Both the position numbers and the translations under genes were made by a program. Positions 20,792-28,259 of a stretch of 32,000 nt of DNA are shown piece by piece. The DNA lies in the NCBI RefSeq assembly GCF_000195955.2, contig NC_000962.3, positions 4,260,001 to 4,292,000 on the forward strand. The letters run 5' to 3'. Under the pieces are notes generated by a model that saw nothing but the letters and a program-made list of their open reading frames with translations, made no database searches and was not told where the DNA came from. Origin of the DNA: Mycobacterium tuberculosis H37Rv (GTDB lineage Bacteria > Actinomycetota > Actinomycetes > Mycobacteriales > Mycobacteriaceae). Numbering within the stretch: the first letter of the stretch is position 1; each line of letters starts with the position of its first letter.

Positions 20792-21571
20792 TCACTGCTC
20801 CGGCGCCCCGGCGGGATGGGCTCGCTGAGCGCGGCGCGCAGCCCTAACCGCCGCCTCCTGCGCGTCCAACCGGGCCGCCTCGGCAAGCGACGGGGCGCCG
20901 CCGCCCAGCCGGTGCGGCACCCAGAACTCGCCGGCCGGATGCGGTCCGTACAGTTCTTGGGCCCGCTCCAGCAAATGTTGCATCCGGGAGTGCAGCAGGC
21001 CGTTCAGTTCAGCGGTGGGCAGCGTCGGTTCGATCCGTTCACCGACGACAATCGTGACCGGCACCTTCGGGCGAAACAGCTTTTTGGGACGGTCCTTAGT
21101 CCAGATCCGCTGCGCACCCCAAACAATATGCGGAACGATCGGCACCCCGGCCTCGATCGCCATTCGGGCCGCCCCCGTCTTGAATTCCTTGATCTCGAAG
21201 CTGCGGCTGATGGTCGCCTCGGGGTACACGCCGACGAGTTCGCCGGCCTTCAGCATCCTGACGGCGGCGTCGTAGGACGCGGACCCGTCCTGCCGATCCA
21301 CCGGGATGTGGCGCAGGCTGCGCATAATGGGACCGGTGATCTTGTGATCGAACACCTCCTGCTTGGCCATGAACCGCACCTTGCGCCCGAGGCCCTGTTG
21401 GTAGGCGGGCAAACCCGCAAAGGTGAAGTCGAGGTAGCTGGTGTGGTTGATCGCGACGACGGCGCCGCCGCTGGTCGGTAGGTTATCCACACCCGTGACG
21501 GTGATCTTCAGACCCTGTATGCGCCAGGACAAGCGAGCAAGCCGAATGACGGTGCCGTATACCGGTTCCAC
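20792..21571 (-). CDS. PlsC/LPLAT-family acyltransferase (Rv3816c), paralogue 1 of 3
   Basis: 259 aa with a GTG start, NHTSYLDF, YPEATISRS and FKTGAARMA. Its stop is 3 nt from the next paralogue's start. Confidence 0.9.
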   Translation of the reverse strand: MEPVYGTVIRLARLSWRIQGLKITVTGVDNLPTSGGAVVAINHTSYLDFTFAGLPAYQQGLGRKVRFMAKQEVFDHKITGPIMRSLRHIPVDRQDGSASYDAAVRMLKAGELVGVYPEATISRSFEIKEFKTGAARMAIEAGVPIVPHIVWGAQRIWTKDRPKKLFRPKVPVTIVVGERIEPTLPTAELNGLLHSRMQHLLERAQELYGPHPAGEFWVPHRLGGGAPSLAEAARLDAQEAAVRAARRAQRAHPAGAPEQ

Positions 21572-21646
21572 AGCAGTTCAGCCTAGTGGTCCCGGCTGCA
21601 AGCCGCCCAAAGTGGCGAAAACCCAAATTGACGAAAGAGGTGAGCC

Positions 21647-22402
21647 GTGTCCTTCCCCTCATCGCCACCCGCGCTGCCCGCGATCGTTGCCCGGTTTGCC
21701 GTCGGCAGGCCGGTGCGCGCGGTGTGGGTCAACGAACTGGGCGGCGTCACCTTCCGGGTGGACTCCGGCATGGGCGCCGGCTGCGAGTTCATCAAGGTCG
21801 CCAGGAGGGGTACCGCCGACTTCGCTAATGAGGCGCGGCGGCTGCGCTGGGCCGCGCCGTACCTGGCGGTGCCGCGGGTACTGGGTGTCGGGGTCGACGG
21901 CGATTGGGCCTGGTTGCACACCGATGCGCTGCCCGGCTTGTCCGCGGTGCACCCGCGCTGGCGGGCGTCCCCGCAGGTCGCGGTCCCGGCGCTGGGTGCG
22001 GGGCTGCGCACCCTGCACGACAGCTTGCCGGTGCACTCATGTCCGTTCGACTGGTCGACGGCCAGCCGGCTGGCCAAGCTGGCCCCGGCGCGACGCGCGG
22101 AACTGGGTGACTCACCGCCGGTTGATCGGTTGGTCGTCTGTCACGGCGACGCGTGCTCACCCAACACCATCCTCGATGACACCGGCCGCTGTTGCGGACA
22201 CGTCGACTTCGGCAATCTCGGTGTGGCCGATCGGTGGGCCGACCTCGCGGTCGCGACGCTGTCGTTGCAATGGAACTTTCCCGACTACCCGGGCCAGGTC
22301 AGAGATGACGAGTTCTTCGCCGCCTACGGTGTGGCGCCGGACCCGGCTCGCATCGACTACTACCGCCGGCTGTGGCAGGCCGAAGACGACAGCTCACGCT
22401 AA
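21647..22402 (+). CDS. Aminoglycoside-phosphotransferase-like (APH / protein-kinase-like fold) phosphotransferase, Rv3817
   Basis: 251 aa with a GTG start and AAGAGG upstream. The Brenner-type catalytic motif is VVCHGDACSPNTILDD, followed by GHVDFGNLGVADRWADLA, typical of APH(3')-like enzymes. Confidence 0.88.
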   Translation: MSFPSSPPALPAIVARFAVGRPVRAVWVNELGGVTFRVDSGMGAGCEFIKVARRGTADFANEARRLRWAAPYLAVPRVLGVGVDGDWAWLHTDALPGLSAVHPRWRASPQVAVPALGAGLRTLHDSLPVHSCPFDWSTASRLAKLAPARRAELGDSPPVDRLVVCHGDACSPNTILDDTGRCCGHVDFGNLGVADRWADLAVATLSLQWNFPDYPGQVRDDEFFAAYGVAPDPARIDYYRRLWQAEDDSSR

Positions 22403-22448
22403 GCTCGAGGCTGCGCTTTGCGCTCGTAAGCTCTTCCGAAAGGTAGCT

Positions 22449-23999
22449 GTGCAGGTCACAAGCGTTGGTCACGCCGGCTTTCTGATCCAGACCCAGGCCG
22501 GCAGCATCCTGTGCGACCCTTGGGTCAATCCGGCCTACTTTGCGTCTTGGTTTCCGTTCCCCGACAACAGCGGGCTGGACTGGGGCGCTTTGGGTGAGTG
22601 CGATTATCTGTATGTCTCGCACCTACATAAGGACCACTTCGACGCGGAAAATCTACGAGCGCACGTCAACAAGGACGCCGTCGTGCTGCTGCCCGACTTT
22701 CCGGTACCCGACCTGCGAAATGAGTTGCAGAAGTTAGGATTTCATCGGTTCTTCGAAACCACCGACTCGGTCAAACACCGCCTGAGGGGACCCAACGGCG
22801 ATCTCGACGTGATGATCATCGCACTGCGGGCCCCCGCCGACGGTCCGATCGGCGACTCGGCGCTAGTCGTTGCCGACGGCGAAACAACGGCTTTCAACAT
22901 GAACGACGCCCGCCCGGTCGATTTGGACGTGCTGGCATCGGAGTTCGGTCACATCGACGTGCATATGCTGCAGTACTCGGGCGCGATCTGGTACCCGATG
23001 GTCTACGACATGCCGGCGCGCGCGAAGGATGCGTTCGGCGCCCAAAAGCGGCAACGGCAGATGGACCGTGCTCGCCAGTACATCGCGCAGGTGGGAGCGA
23101 CGTGGGTGGTGCCGTCGGCGGGGCCGCCATGCTTTTTAGCCCCCGAGCTGCGCCACCTCAACGACGACGGTAGCGATCCGGCCAATATCTTCCCCGACCA
23201 GATGGTGTTCCTGGATCAGATGCGGGCGCACGGCCAGGACGGCGGGCTGCTGATGATCCCCGGCTCGACTGCGGATTTCACTGGTACAACCCTGAATTCA
23301 TTGCGCCATCCACTGCCCGCCGAACAGGTCGAGGCCATCTTTACCACCGACAAAGCCGCATACATCGCTGACTATGCCGACCGGATGGCGCCGGTGCTCG
23401 CCGCGCAAAAGGCTGGCTGGGCCGCCGCCGCCGGCGAGCCACTGCTGCAGCCGCTGCGCACCCTGTTCGAGCCGATCATGCTGCAAAGCAACGAGATCTG
23501 CGACGGCATCGGATACCCGGTCGAGCTCGCCATCGGTCCCGAAACCATTGTTTTGGACTTTCCGAAAAGAGCTGTACGAGAACCGATTCCCGACGAGAGG
23601 TTCCGCTACGGGTTCGCGATCGCGCCGGAGCTGGTGCGCACGGTGCTGCGCGACAACGAACCCGACTGGGTCAACACCATCTTCTTATCCACCCGATTTC
23701 GGGCATGGCGGGTTGGTGGCTACAACGAATACCTTTACACGTTCTTCAAGTGTCTGACCGACGAACGCATCGCCTACGCCGACGGCTGGTTCGCCGAGGC
23801 CCACGATGACTCCTCATCGATCACCCTGAACGGTTGGGAGATCCAGCGCCGCTGCCCCCATCTCAAAGCCGACCTATCGAAATTCGGTGTGGTGGAAGGC
23901 AACACGCTCACTTGTAACCTGCACGGCTGGCAGTGGCGTCTGGACGACGGTCGCTGCCTCACCGCCCGGGGCCATCAACTACGCAGTTCACGGCCATGA
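22449..23999 (+). CDS. Fusion protein, Rv3818: N-terminal metallo-beta-lactamase fold plus C-terminal Rieske [2Fe-2S] domain
   Basis: GTG start with GAAAGG upstream, 516 aa. The MBL motif is YLYVSHLHKDHFD (HxHxDH). The Rieske motif is CPHLKADLSKFGVVEGNTLTCNLHGW (CxH...CxxH). The 852-aa ORF in the track is a spurious 5' extension. Confidence 0.88.
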   Translation: MQVTSVGHAGFLIQTQAGSILCDPWVNPAYFASWFPFPDNSGLDWGALGECDYLYVSHLHKDHFDAENLRAHVNKDAVVLLPDFPVPDLRNELQKLGFHRFFETTDSVKHRLRGPNGDLDVMIIALRAPADGPIGDSALVVADGETTAFNMNDARPVDLDVLASEFGHIDVHMLQYSGAIWYPMVYDMPARAKDAFGAQKRQRQMDRARQYIAQVGATWVVPSAGPPCFLAPELRHLNDDGSDPANIFPDQMVFLDQMRAHGQDGGLLMIPGSTADFTGTTLNSLRHPLPAEQVEAIFTTDKAAYIADYADRMAPVLAAQKAGWAAAAGEPLLQPLRTLFEPIMLQSNEICDGIGYPVELAIGPETIVLDFPKRAVREPIPDERFRYGFAIAPELVRTVLRDNEPDWVNTIFLSTRFRAWRVGGYNEYLYTFFKCLTDERIAYADGWFAEAHDDSSSITLNGWEIQRRCPHLKADLSKFGVVEGNTLTCNLHGWQWRLDDGRCLTARGHQLRSSRP

Positions 24000-24331
24000 T
24001 GCAGTTCTACGACGACGGCGTTGTACAGCTGGATCGTGCTGCACTCACGCTGCGCCGCTATCATTTTCCTTCGGGCACGGCCAAGGTCATCCCACTGGAC
24101 CAGATCCGCGGATATCAGGCTGAATCGCTGGGCTTTTTAATGGCCCGGTTCAATATCTGGGGCAGGCCAGACCTTCGCCGCTGGCTGCCACTGGACGTGT
24201 ACCGGCCGCTGAAGTCGACGTTGGTCACCCTCGACGTACCGGGGATGCGGCCGAAACCAGCCTGCACGCCCACGCGCCCCAAAGAATTCATCGCACTGCT
24301 GGACGAGTTGCTCGCCCTCCACCGAACGTGA
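23996..24331 (+). CDS. Small conserved hypothetical protein Rv3819, translationally coupled to Rv3818
   Basis: The 111-aa form starts at MMQFYDDGVVQLDRAALTLRRYHFPSG. Its ATG (23996-23998) overlaps the TGA of Rv3818 (23997-23999) as ATGA. I recognise no motifs. Confidence 0.75.
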   Translation: MMQFYDDGVVQLDRAALTLRRYHFPSGTAKVIPLDQIRGYQAESLGFLMARFNIWGRPDLRRWLPLDVYRPLKSTLVTLDVPGMRPKPACTPTRPKEFIALLDELLALHRT

Positions 24332-24418
24332 ACCCACGGTTTCGCGCGCGATTTTCGCACTGCCCTGGGGCACAGCCTCACTCCAGACTTAAGCCACAGC
24401 GACGATCCAAGCGACGTG

Positions 24419-25825
24419 TCATGTGCCTGGTTTAAGTGTCGCGAGCGTGCCGTCGGCGGTGCGGATATAGATGGATTTCATGGCCGCGATGTAATTGGCG
24501 ACGGATTCGCTTGCGATCGGGTTGTCCGGGAATAATACCGTCACTGTGGTCTGATGCTGATACCGATTGACCCACATCGAGACCTGATGAGAAACCCTAC
24601 CTTCGTCGTAAATCCTAAAATTCAGATCGGAATTAGCGACCGTAGAAAGAGGCGCAATGCTGGCATCCAGAAAGGACATCACGAAATTGCCCGGCCGGGG
24701 CGGCCTCAGCCCCGTTTCGGGGCGTGCCAGCTCCAATACGCGGTCGAATGGTACGGTCGCCAGGTCCTTACCCGAATCGAAGGAGATCTGCGCGACACGG
24801 GCGGCGCTATCGAAAAGTCCTGAGGCGACCGGCACGGTGATCGGCACCAACCCGGTAAACCAGCCCGTCGTTCTGAGTTCTGTCGGCGTCCTACGTGTAT
24901 CAGTCGTCGTTACCACGTCAAACGTTTCACAGTTGGTCAACTCGCGCTCAGCGAGGGCGGCGCAGGCGAAAACGCCACCGCTAAAACGGGCGCCCGCAGC
25001 GACGCAGGCGGCTTCGAATCGCTCGCCCTGTTGCTCGTCCATCAGCGTTTCGGTAAGCAGCTTTCCGGTATGGGGCACCGATAGATCGCCGAGCGGCAAC
25101 GGGAAGTGCGGCAGGGTTCCGTCGTTGTTGGCAGCGAATTCGACCCAACGGCGCACCCGGGCGGAGTCCAACGTCAAGGCGGCCGTGTCGGCGTACTGTC
25201 GGACACAGTGGTCGTCGTAGCGGCCCGCCGGCGGGAGCTCGATCGGCGGGTCGCCTCCCACCAATGCGGAGTACATCATATGGATCTCGATGAAAAGGAC
25301 GCCCACAATCATCGGATCGACACAGAGATGAGCGATACTCGCATAGAAGGTGAAGTGATCGTCACTCTGAATAATCCCGAACAAGAAGCAGTCCCACTGC
25401 AACGGCTGCGGCGTTGCAATGTGGTGGCGCAGCTCCGCCGACGTCATGTTCTGATGCTCAGCTTGGACGACTTCGATATCTGCAGGGTCAGCGATGGTAT
25501 GCCGAACGATGTGTTCGGCATTGTCGAACTCAAACCAACTGTGGTAGGTGTCGTGGCGGCGAAGGTGTGCGTTGATCGCATAATTCATGGCGCGGATGTT
25601 GCACCGGCCAGGTAGATCCCAGGTGAAGATCATCAGGCGCGACATATCGAGACCGCGCGCTACATGATCGCGATAACGTCGAAGGTGTTGAGCTTGTTGA
25701 TAGCTGGGCGGCACCTCACTTATCGGCGCTTGCCGGGCTTTCGCCTTCGCCGTCGGTGATGCGTGCCAACAGATAATCGAACCTGGGTCCGGCGTCCAGT
25801 CGCGGAGCGTTGTAATGCTAAACAC
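24419..25825 (-). CDS. papA2: Polyketide-associated acyltransferase PapA2 (sulfolipid-1: acylates trehalose-2-sulfate)
   Basis: 468 aa with a GTG start and GGAGGA 4 nt upstream. It has the condensation-domain-like HxxxD motif (IAHLCVDPM). Recognised as Rv3820c. Confidence 0.93.
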   Translation of the reverse strand: MFSITTLRDWTPDPGSIICWHASPTAKAKARQAPISEVPPSYQQAQHLRRYRDHVARGLDMSRLMIFTWDLPGRCNIRAMNYAINAHLRRHDTYHSWFEFDNAEHIVRHTIADPADIEVVQAEHQNMTSAELRHHIATPQPLQWDCFLFGIIQSDDHFTFYASIAHLCVDPMIVGVLFIEIHMMYSALVGGDPPIELPPAGRYDDHCVRQYADTAALTLDSARVRRWVEFAANNDGTLPHFPLPLGDLSVPHTGKLLTETLMDEQQGERFEAACVAAGARFSGGVFACAALAERELTNCETFDVVTTTDTRRTPTELRTTGWFTGLVPITVPVASGLFDSAARVAQISFDSGKDLATVPFDRVLELARPETGLRPPRPGNFVMSFLDASIAPLSTVANSDLNFRIYDEGRVSHQVSMWVNRYQHQTTVTVLFPDNPIASESVANYIAAMKSIYIRTADGTLATLKPGT

Positions 25826-25972
25826 TCATTCCTCCTGCACTCGGACCGAGCCCCGCCAGGGCACGCAAGTAAGCTACGGCCAGACGGTGTGACACTCAAA
25901 CCGGCGGGCGTAATTTCCTCCGACGACGCTCCGCAGACCACAATCGTCAGCGGCGGAGTACGGTTGCTCACC

Positions 25973-26686
25973 ATGTGGTCCACCGTGCTGGTCTTGGCGC
26001 TCTCGGTGATCTGCGAGCCGGTACGGATCGGTTTGGTGGTCCTCATGCTCAACAGGCGCCGCCCGCTGCTCCATTTGCTCACATTCTTGTGCGGTGGTTA
26101 CACGATGGCTGGTGGCGTGGCCATGGTGACGCTTGTGGTCCTCGGGGCCACTCCGTTGGCCGGACATTTCAGTGTGGCCGAGGTACAGATCGGGACCGGG
26201 CTGATTGCCTTGCTTATCGCGTTTGCGCTGACCACAAATGTCATAGGCAAGCATGTCCGGCGAGCTACCCACGCCCGCGTCGGAGACGACGGTGGCAGGG
26301 TCCTACGGGAGTCGGTACCGCCAAGTGGTGCGCATAAGCTGGCTGTGCGTGCACGTTGTTTTCTGCAGGGCGATTCGCTGTATGTCGCCGGGGTGAGTGG
26401 CCTAGGAGCCGCACTGCCTTCGGCCAACTACATGGGCGCGATGGCCGCCATTCTTGCCTCCGGCGCTACGCCGGCAACACAGGCACTGGCTGTCGTTACG
26501 TTCAACGTGGTGGCATTCACAGTGGCCGAAGTCCCCCTCGTCAGCTACCTGGCAGCACCGCGTAAGACCCGCGCGTTCATGGCTGCGCTGCAATCATGGC
26601 TGCGGTCCCGTAGCCGCCGCGACGCCGCGTTGCTGGTGGCCGCCGGAGGTTGCCTGATGCTCACGCTAGGCCTGAGCAACCTGTAG
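25973..26686 (+). CDS. sap: Integral membrane protein Sap (sulfolipid-1 addressing protein, Rv3821)
   Basis: The 237-aa form starts at MWSTVLVLALSVICEPVRIGLVVLML and has about 6 predicted TM helices. The ORF-track start at 25763 is an upstream extension that runs into the papA2 start. Confidence 0.85.
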   Translation: MWSTVLVLALSVICEPVRIGLVVLMLNRRRPLLHLLTFLCGGYTMAGGVAMVTLVVLGATPLAGHFSVAEVQIGTGLIALLIAFALTTNVIGKHVRRATHARVGDDGGRVLRESVPPSGAHKLAVRARCFLQGDSLYVAGVSGLGAALPSANYMGAMAAILASGATPATQALAVVTFNVVAFTVAEVPLVSYLAAPRKTRAFMAALQSWLRSRSRRDAALLVAAGGCLMLTLGLSNL

Positions 26687-26720
26687 GCGGCGGCGGGCTT
26701 GCCTAACGCAGAGCTCTCAC

Positions 26721-27935
26721 ATGAAATGTCCAGGCGTCTCCGACTGCGTTGCGACCGTAAGGCACGATAACGTGTTTGCTATTGCTGCTGGTTTGCGTTG
26801 GTCGGCCGCTGTACCGCCGCTACACAAAGGGGACGCTGTGACCAAACTGCTCGTCGGGGCCATCGCGGGCGGAATGCTAGCTTGCGCAGCTATATTGGGC
26901 GACGGAATCGCTTCGGCCGATACTGCGTTGATAGTACCCGGTACCGCACCGTCCCCGTACGGGCCACTCAGGTCGCTCTATCATTTCAATCCCGCGATGC
27001 AGCCTCAGATCGGCGCGAATTACTACAACCCCACCGCTACCCGCCACGTCGTTTCATATCCAGGCAGCTTTTGGCCTGTCACAGGCTTGAATTCGCCCAC
27101 CGTCGGCAGTTCTGTCAGTGCCGGGACGAACAATCTCGATGCGGCGATCCGCAGCACTGACGGACCAATCTTCGTGGCCGGGTTATCACAGGGCACGCTC
27201 GTGCTTGACCGCGAGCAGGCACGGTTAGCGAATGACCCGACGGCTCCTCCCCCTGGGCAACTCACATTCATCAAGGCCGGCGACCCTAACAATCTTCTTT
27301 GGCGGGCGTTTAGGCCGGGAACCCACGTGCCGATCATCGACTACACCGTTCCGGCCCCAGCGGAAAGCCAGTACGACACAATCAATATCGTGGGCCAGTA
27401 CGACATTTTTTCTGACCCGCCTAATCGTCCGGGCAACCTACTCGCTGACCTCAATGCGATTGCCGCGGGCGGATACTACGGCCACAGCGCCACCGCATTC
27501 TCGGACCCAGCTCGCGTTGCGCCTAGGGACATTACGACGACAACGAACAGTTTGGGTGCGACGACCACGACCTACTTCATCCGGACCGATCAGCTACCTC
27601 TGGTGCGGGCGCTGGTGGACATGGCGGGCCTGCCCCCGCAGGCGGCGGGAACAGTTGATGCCGCACTGCGGCCCATAATTGACAGGGCTTATCAGCCCGG
27701 ACCAGCACCCGCTGTGAACCCGCGTGATTTGGTCCAGGGCATCCGCGGTATCCCCGCCATCGCCCCTGCCATCGCCATCCCTATCGGCAGCACCACCGGG
27801 GCCAGTGCCGCCACCAGCACCGCTGCCGCCACGGCAGCAGCAACAAATGCGCTCCGCGGGGCCAACGTGGGCCCGGGCGCCAACAAGGCGTTGTCGATGG
27901 TCCGGGGTTTGCTACCCAAAGGGAAGAAGCACTAG
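26721..27935 (+). CDS. chp1: Chp1 (cutinase-like hydrolase protein; SL-1 terminal acyltransferase, Rv3822), PE-PPE C-terminal type serine hydrolase fold
   Basis: 404-aa ORF from ATG 26721 with the GLSQG nucleophile motif (FVAGLSQGTLVLD). An internal GTG at 26838, preceded by AAGGGGA, would start at VTKLLVGAIAGGMLACAAILG (TM/signal). The start is uncertain. Confidence 0.88.
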   Translation: MKCPGVSDCVATVRHDNVFAIAAGLRWSAAVPPLHKGDAVTKLLVGAIAGGMLACAAILGDGIASADTALIVPGTAPSPYGPLRSLYHFNPAMQPQIGANYYNPTATRHVVSYPGSFWPVTGLNSPTVGSSVSAGTNNLDAAIRSTDGPIFVAGLSQGTLVLDREQARLANDPTAPPPGQLTFIKAGDPNNLLWRAFRPGTHVPIIDYTVPAPAESQYDTINIVGQYDIFSDPPNRPGNLLADLNAIAAGGYYGHSATAFSDPARVAPRDITTTTNSLGATTTTYFIRTDQLPLVRALVDMAGLPPQAAGTVDAALRPIIDRAYQPGPAPAVNPRDLVQGIRGIPAIAPAIAIPIGSTTGASAATSTAAATAAATNALRGANVGPGANKALSMVRGLLPKGKKH

Positions 27936-27963
27936 CCATAAAGTCCACGACCTACGGTGGCGT

Positions 27964-28253
27964 TTCGCAGTTGGGGGTGTAAAGGGGGTTGAGGTCTTCG
28001 ACGATGGCGGTTGCTGCTGGCCCACCAATCCGTTGCTGCTGACGCCAATCCATCGGGAAGGCCCTGGGTGGCGTCTTGGTGCGCCCGGAGGGGCAGCCCG
28101 TTGGCGCCCGTCGTCGAGCGTGAACTGAGGGCGGACCTCGGGCAGACACGCCGAGGTCTTCCTTTTGGGCAGCGTGGAACCGCCCATCATCGAAAGACCT
28201 CGACCCCTACCCCGGCAACGACGCGCCGACTACCTCACACCCTCAACTGCGAA
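27964..28253. repeat. ~290-bp non-coding segment bounded by 17-nt imperfect inverted repeats (degenerate MITE-like element or long-range RNA structure)
   Basis: TTCGCAGTTGGGGGTGT (27964-27980) matches the reverse complement of ACACCCTCAACTGCGAA (28237-28253) at 16/17 positions. There are sub-terminal GAGGTCTT(C/T)CGA-type copies at 27991-28001 (+) and 28190-28201 (inverted), and a local 9-bp hairpin pairing 28152-28160 with 28194-28202. Confidence 0.45.
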
Positions 28254-28259
28254 GAGATC

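Noticed and set aside
21441-22448. The first 336 codons of the 852-aa plus-strand ORF that ends as Rv3818
   Set aside because: This part overlaps Rv3816c antisense and Rv3817 out of frame, and is Arg/Pro/Ala/Trp-rich low-complexity sequence typical of off-frame GC-rich DNA. A GTG with a GAAAGG SD at 22449 starts the recognisable MBL domain and gives the expected 516 aa.
25763-25972. 70-codon upstream extension of the sap (Rv3821) ORF
   Set aside because: It overlaps the papA2 start and promoter region, and its sequence is hydrophilic and noise-like. The ATG at 25973 opens directly into the first TM helix and yields the expected 237 aa.
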